Positions 23,401-33,395 of a stretch of DNA of 64,000 bases are shown here, one piece after another. Positions within the stretch are counted from its first letter, which is position 1, and every line of letters starts with the position of its first letter. Below the pieces are notes generated by a model that saw only the letters and a list, made by a program, of their open reading frames with translations, was not told where the DNA came from and searched no databases. The DNA is from Histomonas meleagridis 2922-C6/04-290x (taxonomy: Eukaryota; Protista; Parabasalia). The position numbers and the translations under genes are program-made. Location: contig JAANOX010000134.1 of assembly GCA_020184695.1 (NCBI GenBank), positions 186,001 to 250,000 on the forward strand, in the 5' to 3' direction.

Positions 23401-24962
23401 TATATTAATGAGAATAAACTTTCAGTAAATGTTTGCATGAATTGTTTGTCATGATCAATATTAAACATTTGATATTCGATTGGATCATTTTCATTTGCCG
23501 GATATCTCCATAATGCACTATATAAGCGCATGACTGATTCTAAGCCTTTAACATCACGTTCTGCAAGTGAATGACGTTCGATTTCACATGATAAAAGATC
23601 TTTCGCATGTCCAATGATAGCATTTTGGAAATTAGTGAAATGTACTATTTGATTAACTGATGTAGATCGATATATAACTAAAAAGATTTCAATTGCTAAA
23701 TCTTTGCTACGTATTAACGACGTCAATAAATCTAAATAAATAAAGAATAAATTTTCTGATACAAATGTTGTGGACATTTGAATGATCTTAGAATTATTTC
23801 GTTGTGAATGATAAAAAAATGCTTCTGCAAAATCAGACCCTGGAATTAATGATGATACTGTTGTAATCAAGCGTAAAAATTGTTGAAATTCTTCATTATG
23901 TTCTGGGATAGAACGATTATCAATAAACTTGTTGATAGTATTCATACCATTTTTAAATGTGCTTAAGATAAAAACATTGGCAATGGTCTCTATAAAGGCT
24001 GGGAAAACATATGAACTACATATCGAATGTTGAACTAAGATGATGTCACTGAGGAAGGAAATTGAAAGCGGAATGAAGTAGCGGTTAAACCAATCATCCC
24101 AATTAGTGCCGAAAGTTTCGGATTGATTAGTAGATGATATATGTTGTGATAATAGAAGCCCTGTCGCTGCACATATTAAACATGAAAATAAGGCACGGGA
24201 ATTGGTTTTGCCATTAAATATATTTTTCGAAAGATCATTCGGAATCTTGGTGGGAAGAGTCAAATCAGGTTCAATCTTAAGAATGAGATCATTCTTTTCG
24301 ATGGTTTTAATCCAACGTTCTTTAACTGGTAAATTATTGGATAAATATTTTTTAATAGAGTCTATGGTTGTATTAAGATCTTGCATAACTTTGCTGACCT
24401 CAGCTTGTGGACGGATCTTTTTGGTCAGTTCATTTATTTTTTGGATTACTTCTTCCAATGGTTTTAAATCAAATTTTTCAGTTTTGGATTTTTTTAAATG
24501 ATCATCAAGAGCGTTGGATTTTTCACGAAAAGACTCAACAAGCTCATTAGCTTTAGAATCATTTTTAAAATTTGTTTGAAGTATATCAATGACTTGATGC
24601 TTAAGCTTAGTTAGATTTGAAGGAAGTTGATTTGAGAGATTTTTGGTCGAAGTTTCAACAGATTGGGTTTGATTCTCTGTATATGCAATAATTAAATATT
24701 CCCCAAAGGCTAGGATTGCTTCAAAAAATTTAACATTTGTGGAATTCTTGGAAATAGTTATAGAACGTAAATTTTCATGATTATAGATTACGTCATTTTG
24801 TGGAATGTAACCTATTTGAGAAATTTTGTCTGAACATTTTTTTAGAGAGGCCTCAACATCATCATAAGTAAATTCGAATTTTTTGTAAATTGAAATAAAT
24901 GAAGCTTCAGGTGATTGTTCTTCTCGGCTCTTTTGTGGCTTCTCTTTGTTTTCCATGAACAA
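20493..24962 (-). CDS. 1489-aa alpha-solenoid protein, putative Nup205/Nup192-like nucleoporin
   Basis: LKAECLNLLSSM...FWPQLE...GIITDIHKIEAPDHIFNIPQAI resembles the Nup205 segment as I recall it (LKAELL..LA.F...W..LE...GI..EL.EIE...E.YP). Size is compatible. Confidence 0.5.
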   Translation of the reverse strand: MFMENKEKPQKSREEQSPEASFISIYKKFEFTYDDVEASLKKCSDKISQIGYIPQNDVIYNHENLRSITISKNSTNVKFFEAILAFGEYLIIAYTENQTQSVETSTKNLSNQLPSNLTKLKHQVIDILQTNFKNDSKANELVESFREKSNALDDHLKKSKTEKFDLKPLEEVIQKINELTKKIRPQAEVSKVMQDLNTTIDSIKKYLSNNLPVKERWIKTIEKNDLILKIEPDLTLPTKIPNDLSKNIFNGKTNSRALFSCLICAATGLLLSQHISSTNQSETFGTNWDDWFNRYFIPLSISFLSDIILVQHSICSSYVFPAFIETIANVFILSTFKNGMNTINKFIDNRSIPEHNEEFQQFLRLITTVSSLIPGSDFAEAFFYHSQRNNSKIIQMSTTFVSENLFFIYLDLLTSLIRSKDLAIEIFLVIYRSTSVNQIVHFTNFQNAIIGHAKDLLSCEIERHSLAERDVKGLESVMRLYSALWRYPANENDPIEYQMFNIDHDKQFMQTFTESLFSLIYSPIPASLKAECLNLLSSMPLNFWPQLETWPLITKENFENKDGIITDIHKIEAPDHIFNIPQAIAHFFTEQFNKGFLPKNEISIIQRLLYEEIFCYLASFDYIYPDTKWKIILELCKFWISAISAKYPLKNDRFKICESIFRTAIEKQDFISQLISFILEDAIPLEVMHSILKLFLLLLHYEKDFLLYSHQTSRPCTETLVNQISWNSDAVSKVLICATSYESNFQITCLQLIEYLCKFSPTIVQIFLTKPQAKAIQVCMNILNKKEPEIKNPNYNNIIYDNTNTNVRCFLLRIFINLGASSYFVRHVCGFDQHNPPQSIINSNLEKGIINKLMIMLCKPETHFNYPQLVDLSFQLILLECENSLTINSVLKILSESRQSFFITQLQYLRNPKSSIRAIGCMLQILSREAINTLNTSYGTTIKIFKELMEPEMNLHSDSIYYYVNEAKRTILLLDFVERINVNENSIWIAKGLNDIIIAYFNSKPAIDYMKEQPLQWNTIWCALLIQILEKIQTLISFNNNNKLIELTKPLSDSCAIIGKFIFNQNIFGYNMKEIENLLILILNDISYLSEINHTLSLIGIYSLLNSVISAMIKSNSNKFENLNKTIEILHQQIFNSIIRDSNSEYPILQSISLSSFESIIPFINNIQLVKFINLLIQSIDNDWDNFEKDPKLSSFNISSKCSLFTKFILNDHKIGKILIEEGIIKKLSNEHFWCKVVNYLRQLHENQIKMGILILQLLSTIELMYNQSEILHLQLLMLFNEYQTQIFNILDYSGNINMIGIEFLIEFTRFISAYPKSYIIDLKNLGFWNKFLFFFKRFANDAEWRIMIHGNVSDDVPKKVTELLTSALFLINRMSDIENILDNPLIGEEWRNNIKDKDKPLPLSMISSFCLQMMNKESDNELAHKAAIMCLLIVEKHCERWNNSVTHFDLGKMKQQATMFKGADFERLVSGDRSEKAILKKLIEFSNE

Positions 24963-25557
24963 TGGTCAGAAAAGTGACGCTAATGGCTTGTTCGTTTTAG
25001 TTGATAACGATCAAATGGATTCCAATTTTTGACTAAGTATGTTTGTGATGCAACCTTTTGTTTTGTATTTAAAATGATCGGAAACTCCTGAAGAAAAAAA
25101 AGTCGATTGGTATTCTTCATTTTAAAAAATATAAATTATATCATTATTTTATTTTTTTTTTTTTTTGTTAAATGCAAATTTAAAATTTCATTTGCATAAT
25201 AATGAAAAGAATTCATTAATTAAAATGATAATTTAATGAATTCTTCTACAAATGTATTCGCATTAGGAAATGAATTAGAACAAGTAAATATAAATGTCAT
25301 TAATAGTTAACATTCATTAATTAATACTGTTGTCAACAGTTGTTGTACACGGATTATCATTGTAAAAACATTTACACCAATTCCTAGAATTTTTTGAGTA
25401 CAAACATTCACATATTTTGATTCTAAACGAAATTTTTTCGATCAAGAATTGCAGCATTATATAATTTTAAACATGATGAAAATGCTAAACTTAATATCAA
25501 GATTTAACTGGTTGAAAATTGAAATACAAAATCACATGTATCTAAAAAAGAATTTAC

Positions 25558-26232
25558 TTAAATTTTCTGAATTGTTATGTATCCATTTGAGTCAACGCCT
25601 CCATTACTTCTAACAACACATCTGAGATATATTGGTTGGTGAGTAACAGGGAAAATCTGAACGTAGTAATAATTACCAACGTCCGCCTTCCCCGTGTAGC
25701 CTTCATGTTTATCTTGGCCAATTACCTCATTATTGTTGACGATTTCGAGACTTCTGATATCCAACCTATGACGGCCATTTGTATACTGAAACTTAATTTC
25801 ATAATCACCAGGACCATTGTAATATGTTGTGATATCCCATTGTTTGGTGATATATCGATGTCCTGGTTGTATTTCACCTGTAACCCATTTCAATCCCCTA
25901 TATTCTTTACGTACTATTTGAATAAACCCATTTGAATCGCTTCCGCCATGGCTTCTTATAACGGCTACCAAAAATACAGGTTGTTCAAAATGTTCAATAG
26001 TTACATGATATGTGTTATTTGAATTTACATTACCAGTAGTTCCATGATGAGGATCTGACACAGCTTCTTTTCCATTACATTTGATTTTGATTCCGAAAAT
26101 ATCAAGTCTATGTCTACCTTTAGTATATCTAAAAGTGATTTCATAAACGCCTGGGCCTATCACATCTTGTGAAATGTTCCATTTTTTCTTTGCAGGTTCG
26201 TGCGTTGTCTCTCCTGTTTTCCACCCAAGCAT
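25558..26232 (-). CDS. Protein made of two tandem ~105-aa beta-sandwich domains resembling bacterial glycoside-hydrolase accessory modules
   Basis: Internal duplication: W.TGE...KW.I.....GPG.YEI.F.YT.GRHRLDI...D.H.G.TG.....N.Y.V...VRS.GG.DSNG.I.I. Likely start is MLGWK at 26232. Confidence 0.75.
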   Translation of the reverse strand: MLGWKTGETTHEPAKKKWNISQDVIGPGVYEITFRYTKGRHRLDIFGIKIKCNGKEAVSDPHHGTTGNVNSNNTYHVTIEHFEQPVFLVAVIRSHGGSDSNGFIQIVRKEYRGLKWVTGEIQPGHRYITKQWDITTYYNGPGDYEIKFQYTNGRHRLDIRSLEIVNNNEVIGQDKHEGYTGKADVGNYYYVQIFPVTHQPIYLRCVVRSNGGVDSNGYITIQKI

Positions 26233-26415
26233 GGGAAAACAATTTTTTTTGGATGGAAAACAAGACCGTTTAAATGGAAAATTTTTTGTCAACGAAATTC
26301 AATAGTCAGAAAACCGCTTTCCACAGAAAAATGTTATCGTCGTTTTGAAAGTTCTATCGTTATTCCAATGCCAGCGCATAAAAATTATGTTTTATTACAA
26401 AAATTTATACAATTT

Positions 26416-27942
26416 TTATTTAATATATTTTGCGTATAGATTAATTTCGTTGTACTGTTTTTTGATTTGCTGATTTAAGTTTTCGATTGTTTTTTCTTTA
26501 CTTTGTAATATGTTTTGTATCTTTTCTTTCATTATCAATATGTTACTTTGATGTTTTTCTGTAATTTCTTTTACATAATTATGAAAATCATTTTCTTCAG
26601 TTTTCATTTTTTCTTTAATTTTCTCAAATGAGTTTTTTATTATTTCTAATTCTTTGTTTTTATTATTATTATTAATTGAAAATGTTTTATTTAAATTATT
26701 TTTTATTTCATTAATTTTTATATTTATTTTCTCGTTATCATTTTTCAATGATATTAATTCTTTTTTGTTTAATTGAATATTTTTCTCGATTCTTTGTTTT
26801 TGTTCGATTTTATTATTATAAATTTTTGTAATTCGTTTTATTTCATTTTGTACATTTTGAATTTTTTGTTTTTGCAAAAATATTTTTTCATTTTTTTCAT
26901 TAATTTTTGTATTTGTTTCTTCATCTAATTTATTTGTAAATGATAAAATTTGTTCATTTATTTCATTTACTTTTACATTTATAATTTCTTTATTTTTTTT
27001 TCTATATTTATAATTAATTTCCATTTTAATTATTTCTTTTATTTTTAAATCATTTTTTATATTTTCAATATTATAATTTTGTATCTTTTGTTTGGATTTT
27101 AATTCAGCAGAAATTAATTCGTTTTTATATTCATTAATATGTTTAACAGTTTTTTCTTTTTCTTTTTCGCATTTTTGTTTATAACTTTCTTTGATTTCAT
27201 TGACTTTTATTTCAATGTTTTGATGCTTTTTTCGTATTATGTTTTCAATGTTTTCTTTTTCTAAAAGATTTTGTTTTCGATTTTTTCCGATTTTTTGTTT
27301 CCATTGTTGTGTTATTATGTTTAATTGTTGATCTGTTTGTTCATGAAATTGTTGCTTAAAATCAAAGAGCGTTTTATTTGAAGTTTTGTTTTCATTTTCT
27401 TTGTATTTGTATAACTTTTGTTGGAGCTGATTCCGAAGTAAAAGAATTTCTTCTTTATTTTGTGTTTTAAGTTTTTCGATTTTGGGTGTAAACTCAATAG
27501 AAGCTTTTCTTAGATTGTCAATTTTAATTTTCTCGATTTTTTCTTTGAGTTGTTGATCCATTGATTGATGAAATTCTTTCATTATTTGATCAACTTGAGC
27601 TTGAACATTTATTTCTATATTTGTGTTTCCTTTTTCGACTCCAATTTTGTTTAATTCATTTGTTAATTGTTCGATTTTTTTTATAATTAAATCTTTTTCA
27701 TTAATAATACGATCCATTTCTGCTTGAATTTGTAAAAGAAGTCTTGAATAATTTTCTGTTCCTATTCGTATTTGAGTAATTGATCGCGAATAATAATTTG
27801 TTCTATTGATGATATTTTTGATTTCTTCTTTGAGACGTTTTTCCTTTGAAGCGATTTTGTTATAAACTTTTTTCATATTTATTGCGTTATATTGGGCATC
27901 ATTTTGATCAGCCTTTTCAAGGATAGATAAGATGGAAAACAA
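26416..27942 (-). CDS. Lys/Glu/Asn-rich coiled-coil hypothetical protein
   Basis: 508-aa ORF with heptad character. Confidence 0.65.
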   Translation of the reverse strand: MFSILSILEKADQNDAQYNAINMKKVYNKIASKEKRLKEEIKNIINRTNYYSRSITQIRIGTENYSRLLLQIQAEMDRIINEKDLIIKKIEQLTNELNKIGVEKGNTNIEINVQAQVDQIMKEFHQSMDQQLKEKIEKIKIDNLRKASIEFTPKIEKLKTQNKEEILLLRNQLQQKLYKYKENENKTSNKTLFDFKQQFHEQTDQQLNIITQQWKQKIGKNRKQNLLEKENIENIIRKKHQNIEIKVNEIKESYKQKCEKEKEKTVKHINEYKNELISAELKSKQKIQNYNIENIKNDLKIKEIIKMEINYKYRKKNKEIINVKVNEINEQILSFTNKLDEETNTKINEKNEKIFLQKQKIQNVQNEIKRITKIYNNKIEQKQRIEKNIQLNKKELISLKNDNEKINIKINEIKNNLNKTFSINNNNKNKELEIIKNSFEKIKEKMKTEENDFHNYVKEITEKHQSNILIMKEKIQNILQSKEKTIENLNQQIKKQYNEINLYAKYIK

Positions 27943-28138
27943 AGATTAAAAGCACAAGAAAATGCAGCCAAATAAACTCAGAAAAACTTATCAAAGCAAA
28001 TAGGGCACCCTGAATATTGTTTCGAATGTAACTTCATGTATACTAAAGATATAACTAAACATTTACTCAAACATAGAGTTTCCAAGTATTTATTATATAA
28101 AAAATTTTAAATCGGCACTTTATACATTTATTGATATA

Positions 28139-29314
28139 TCATTCGATTGATTCTATAGCGAACTCTAATGCTAATCTTTGTAAGCATTTCATGTCAGTGA
28201 GTAATAACTTCATTGCTTCGGTAAATATTTGTGGATTATCTTTTGTGTACAAATAACTAAATGTACAAATTCGATTTGTTTTCAAATATATTTTATGAGG
28301 GGGCATAAAGTTATCATTTGTATGGGCTAATTTCTTGAAAATCATTTGAGATGCTACAAAAATTGCTTTTATTCCCTTTCTAAATATTTGGACTCTTTTG
28401 TTGTAACTTTTTCCATGCGTATCGGCGGCGGTTAATGGCAAAAACATTTTTTTCTGTTCATCATAAAATTGCGCTGGATTCGTAACCTTAAAATGGTTCT
28501 CGATGGGTGTTTGTGTGATCTTTCCTAGGCTCACTATGAAATGGACTAGAAAGAAAAGACCTGTTGTAAATTCATTGTCATCAACTTCATTTGGAGTTTT
28601 TGTTCCGATTCGACAATTGTTAATAGTCCCATAAAAACGACTGGTGGAGATATGGAAAGCAGAGTTAAGAGTAAATGATTTGATAACATATTCATTAGAA
28701 ATACATATTGGCGTTTGGAAATCAAGATCTTCATCAAAAGTAAAAGTTGATGCAAGGTTACTAGTTGACTTGCGAAACTCTGTTTTGGTCGTAAAGTTAG
28801 TGGATATATATTGGGAAATGTAAGTATTGCAATTATGAGCATTATCAATGGCGTCATTTAATGATTGCTTTGTAACTAAAAGGGTATCAAGTTCAGATTT
28901 TAATTTAGCTGCTGGGTCGGGTGGTGGATTATCTCGAACTCGCCAAAGAATATCATATTGATATCGGTAAAAATTTGTCGTTTCACGAATTTTCTTACAT
29001 AAAGCTTCACAACAGTCTTGACATAATAAATACTCACAATTTTTTTGCTTAAACAAATCAGCAAAAGTCGCAAAATCTAAAAAGTCATCTATATTTCTCC
29101 ATTGTTCATAATCTGTCGAAACCCTAACTCGCCCATTTAGTTTTACTGCAATTGTTTGTCTTCGGTCAGCCATGAAATCTGTTTTTGAATTTGATTTCGG
29201 TCTTCCAAATATAGAAACAAGTTTTTTACAATTCTTGCAAACAAAGAATAGCCTTGGCTGGGTGAACTTTGATATGCAATTTGTGCTTTTGGAAAATGAA
29301 ACTTGGTTCATCAT
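28139..29314 (-). CDS. ATG6: Atg6/Beclin/Vps30 homologue
   Basis: N-terminal Cys cluster, LLCQDCCEAL, coiled coil, BARA domain FHIS...YGTINNCRIG...NE and terminal FTEAMKLLLTDMK. Confidence 0.8.
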   Translation of the reverse strand: MMNQVSFSKSTNCISKFTQPRLFFVCKNCKKLVSIFGRPKSNSKTDFMADRRQTIAVKLNGRVRVSTDYEQWRNIDDFLDFATFADLFKQKNCEYLLCQDCCEALCKKIRETTNFYRYQYDILWRVRDNPPPDPAAKLKSELDTLLVTKQSLNDAIDNAHNCNTYISQYISTNFTTKTEFRKSTSNLASTFTFDEDLDFQTPICISNEYVIKSFTLNSAFHISTSRFYGTINNCRIGTKTPNEVDDNEFTTGLFFLVHFIVSLGKITQTPIENHFKVTNPAQFYDEQKKMFLPLTAADTHGKSYNKRVQIFRKGIKAIFVASQMIFKKLAHTNDNFMPPHKIYLKTNRICTFSYLYTKDNPQIFTEAMKLLLTDMKCLQRLALEFAIESIE

Positions 29315-29422
29315 TGGGGTTTTGCTGGAACTTGTAAAGCGATACGATAATTTGTTGGTTAGACTTTAACGGTCTCCATAAAATTTTGATTTTTATGCGC
29401 CATACTAAAAGTTTTCTAATTA

Positions 29423-32200
29423 ATGGCTCTTGATGTCATTAAACGTGTCGAGAATCTCAAAAAGAAAATACATCAGAATTATGAATTGCATAAACAATTA
29501 CAACAAAATTCACAAGATCTAAAATCTCAAATTGAACAATTACAAAGTTATAAAGAACAAATACACCCACAATATATGACGTTGGTAACACGGAATTCTA
29601 ATCTTGAAGGATGGAAACAAAATATAAAAATGTTACATCAACAAATTCTTATTGAACATCAAAATTACAAAAAGATAATGATAAAAATCGACTTCGAAAA
29701 TTTTTGCGAAGAGTTTGGTAAAGTTAAACCGGATATTATTGACAAAAAACTCATTGAAGCATCTGGATTATTAGTCAAGTATGATAGTGATGCGAATTTA
29801 CTTCAAACAAAGCGAAACGAATTATTAAGTTTTTGTCGTCAATGTAATAATGAAATCTCAGCACTTACACATGATATTAATCCAATCAAATCTCAAGCTA
29901 AAAACGATATTAAAAGGACTAAAGAATACATTGATCAAATTCGGAAAGAAACGAATCATTATGAGAGACAATTAATAACAAAGAATTATAATTTATCTAA
30001 AGGGAAAATGATAAAAGAACAAATGCAACAAAATTTAAATTATATCAAATTACAATCGAAATTTCGAACATATCAAAAAATCATTAACAAAACTTTAGTT
30101 AATGCCATTATTTTAATAGGGAAACCTCTTACACGCTATGACATATCGAAAGAAGACATTAAAAATAAGATTCAAAGTGATATAATACAAATAAAAAATA
30201 TGTTTCAATTACCGAATAATTACAAAGAAATTTTAATACAATCGAAAGAAGTCACTAATATGTTATTAAACGATCGTGATTTCTTATTAGGAAAAATTAA
30301 TTTATTGATAAATAATTTCAAAAAATTATTAATCATTGAATATGAAATCGAAAAAGTTATTAATAATTATCAAACGAAATATGAAATTAAATGTTTTGAG
30401 CAAAAGAAAATTAATGATAAACATAAGAAAACTAATCAACAAATTAATAATATCGAAGAAGAAATCGATAAAATGAAGAAAATTATAAACCAAAAAAAGA
30501 ATTACATTGAATATCTTGAAGAAGAAAACAAAAGAATTTCACTTTTTTCCAAAATTGATAATAAAACGATTCGAAACTTACAAAATGATTTAAAGAAACT
30601 TAAAGCCGAACGAAAAATTTCATATCAAAATTATGTAAAATATCAAAATGAAATAAATATAAAATCTGAAATACTTTTAAATATAATAAACAATTTCATT
30701 CAAGATAATAAAGATCACAATATAATGCATATGTTAAATAAAATCGAAATTAATATAAAGAATAAAATTAATGAATCAATCATTGAAATGAATAAAAATG
30801 AAAATGTTTTATATGAAAAAAAAGAAAAACTTTCGACACAACTTTCATATATTTATCATTTTCTTTCGCAATTAAATATCAATGAAGTATATAATGTTCG
30901 AAACATTGATTTGATTCAATATATTTCTCCTAATAAATTCATAATAAAATATGATAAAGATCAACGATCATTAATACTAAAAAAGATAAATTCATATATT
31001 ATATGTAATTCATTGTTTTATAAGGATAACATTGAAGAGAATTTTCCATTTTTATTAATAATATCTATGATATATTCACAAAAAAGTAAAAGATTTAAAT
31101 CAAATATTAAAAGTTTGGAAAAATTCATTTTAAATAATTTAAAACATTTTAATGATAAAACGAATTTTCCATTAGAAAAAAGCGAAACGAAAAAAATGAA
31201 ATTTTTATTTAATGATAATATAATATATGAAACAATTAAAACAGAAAATGATTTTATTAATATAATTATTAAGCCAACAATGAGTTATATAAAAGCATTA
31301 AGTTTAACATTACCAAATATTTTAATGGAAATTGATATAATGAATTTGTTACAAATAATTTTTAAGCATTTTAAAAACTTTAAAACATTCGACTTAACAA
31401 AAGAAGTTCGAATGATATTAAATCCATTTTCTAAATCGTTCTATAAAATACCGAAGAAATTTCATCATCGAATTCCTTACAATGAGAAAATAATAAACTT
31501 TAAGTTAAAAGATATCATTCATAATAAAGATTTAACACTTGTTTATAATACGTCCATTAGCGATGAAGATTTTTTTACGCATTTTACATATTATCATTTG
31601 AATTTGTTTAGAGATATAACTATTAATGATATAATAACATATTGTAGTAACAATAGAAAAGTTCCAAACTCAATAAAAACTATTTTAAATGAACAAAATC
31701 GAATTAAAAATATTATAATTTCGCAAATAAAAAATAACTCAAACGCTTTAAAGGCATTTAATCGATGGTTTAACATAGCGCAAATATCATTAAACTCGGC
31801 AAATTATTTCTTCTTTTCGGCGATTTTCGAGGGATTTAATCAATGCCAAATTACTAACATGTTAAATATGGAGAATTATAATGAGCCCGGTTTGAATAAG
31901 GAAATATTAAGTAAAAAGTTTTATAAGTTAAAGGATATAAATACAAATTTGGACGTGCTGAAAAAGAAATTTTTGGAATCGAAAAATTTTTATAAAATTC
32001 CAGAAATTTCTATTACAATAAAGTTAAGGAATTTGTTGAAGAATAAAAAGAAAAAGAAAATCGTACACTTGGACTTTATAAGAGAAATATACGAAGAGTT
32101 GAAATACTTCATAAGGTTACAAATGCCATCAAACGTGAGATTCGATATTTGCACTGAACTTTATAATGAAATTAAAAATTTTGCACCTTCAACTGAATGA
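29423..32200 (+). CDS. Coiled-coil protein with degenerate C-terminal RasGEF-like domain
   Basis: Long coiled coil, then FTHFTYYHLNLFRDIT...WFNIAQISLNSANYFFFSAIFEGF, similar to CDC25 helices. Confidence 0.6.
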   Translation: MALDVIKRVENLKKKIHQNYELHKQLQQNSQDLKSQIEQLQSYKEQIHPQYMTLVTRNSNLEGWKQNIKMLHQQILIEHQNYKKIMIKIDFENFCEEFGKVKPDIIDKKLIEASGLLVKYDSDANLLQTKRNELLSFCRQCNNEISALTHDINPIKSQAKNDIKRTKEYIDQIRKETNHYERQLITKNYNLSKGKMIKEQMQQNLNYIKLQSKFRTYQKIINKTLVNAIILIGKPLTRYDISKEDIKNKIQSDIIQIKNMFQLPNNYKEILIQSKEVTNMLLNDRDFLLGKINLLINNFKKLLIIEYEIEKVINNYQTKYEIKCFEQKKINDKHKKTNQQINNIEEEIDKMKKIINQKKNYIEYLEEENKRISLFSKIDNKTIRNLQNDLKKLKAERKISYQNYVKYQNEINIKSEILLNIINNFIQDNKDHNIMHMLNKIEINIKNKINESIIEMNKNENVLYEKKEKLSTQLSYIYHFLSQLNINEVYNVRNIDLIQYISPNKFIIKYDKDQRSLILKKINSYIICNSLFYKDNIEENFPFLLIISMIYSQKSKRFKSNIKSLEKFILNNLKHFNDKTNFPLEKSETKKMKFLFNDNIIYETIKTENDFINIIIKPTMSYIKALSLTLPNILMEIDIMNLLQIIFKHFKNFKTFDLTKEVRMILNPFSKSFYKIPKKFHHRIPYNEKIINFKLKDIIHNKDLTLVYNTSISDEDFFTHFTYYHLNLFRDITINDIITYCSNNRKVPNSIKTILNEQNRIKNIIISQIKNNSNALKAFNRWFNIAQISLNSANYFFFSAIFEGFNQCQITNMLNMENYNEPGLNKEILSKKFYKLKDINTNLDVLKKKFLESKNFYKIPEISITIKLRNLLKNKKKKKIVHLDFIREIYEELKYFIRLQMPSNVRFDICTELYNEIKNFAPSTE

Positions 32201-32239
32201 AAAATAATAAAATAAAAATAAAATAATTTTTATTTTGCT

Positions 32240-33290
32240 GTTTTTAATGTTTCATGAAATGAAAAACTTTTGGAAGACAATTGTCTTGTAAATTTTCTAT
32301 TGATAAATGAAACTAAATTTAAGATATTGACATGTGATTTGAAATATTATGAGCACTATGTCACTTTTTATGAAAATGAGGAAAAATCGAATTATATGAA
32401 TTCTTATAAATTAATATATTATTTAATTAAAATACATTTACTCTTTCAATTTGCATAATATTTATGTCGTTATTTTTATGATAACTTGATCACTAATCGT
32501 AATTTTAATTTCTGCATCATTTAAGGCGCCCCAAAAAAAGCGACTCATGAAGCCAAAAGTTTTGAATATCACACAAAAAGTTTCCCGCCAACTATTTGTG
32601 AGGAATTCAATATACATTGAATCCCATTGAAAGACGTTTTAAAACGTTACTACTTTTGATTTCGATTTAGTAGTTACTTAAATATTTAATGCTTTAGTAA
32701 GCATGCTTCTCTTTATGAATATATATTCATAAGATCATTTATCGAATAGTGGTGAATATAAGTGAGAATACATTCAAAATTCTTCAAATTGATTATGTTG
32801 ACATTTTGTGTATGTCCATAAAATATTTTATGCTACTGAAACCATGCACCTTTGGTGGAATAGTAATTTATTGTAATTTTATATATTAAATCAAAATATT
32901 CATCATTCTAATTTATAATTTTATTTTTATCGTATCGATATTGACATCATCATCAAATAATATCTGTATACTTTCTGATATTAATAGATAATATTTTTAT
33001 CTTGAATTGATCTAGATTCGCCATTTATTTCCTGATTGTGACATATATTCAATTTTTTGAAAAAAATTCAGTTCGTATTGAAATCCACACAAATGAATAG
33101 CTGGATGGCTTTTTGTATGATATTGAAATATATTAATTGGTGCAAATATATCGAAATTTTGATGTCGTTCGTTCTTTCCATAGGATAATTGAATTATCAA
33201 TAACATTGGCTAGCTATGGTAAATATCACACTTTGAGCGAAAATATTTGTATTATCATATCCTTTTCAAAATGCATATTCAAAAAAGAAG
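32240..33290 (+). pseudogene. Decayed DUF3447 gene relic
   Basis: Fragments in different frames and in the correct order: HYVTFYENEEKSNY, LNPIER, TFDFD, SLYEY..RSFIE and IDYVDIL...KYFMLL...TFGG. These parallel FAHY...ENEKINY / NP.EIA / NFDF / SLYE.CSFI / IDYAAFF...KYLL...GG of the intact paralogs. Confidence 0.5.
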
Positions 33291-33371
33291 AAATGGAAAA
33301 TCGATTTCAATAAAATGAGGCCGTTTAATATTAAACCGTTATGGGGTGCCCAAGTGACGTAAACTAAAAGT

Positions 33372-33390
33372 AGCGGTTTGGTCCTCCTTT
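33372..33390 (+). promoter_or_regulatory. M3 (AGCGGTTT) + M5 (CCTTT) core promoter of RPS23
   Basis: AGCGGTTTGG at 33372-33381, CCTTT at 33386-33390, ATG at 33396. Matches the M3/M5 elements described in T. vaginalis. Confidence 0.75.
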
Positions 33391-33395
33391 TTGGA

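Noticed and set aside
25150-25520. Another possible ankyrin/spacer relic on the minus strand (INDIYIYLF-like)
   Set aside because: Similarity is too short to distinguish from AT-rich background.
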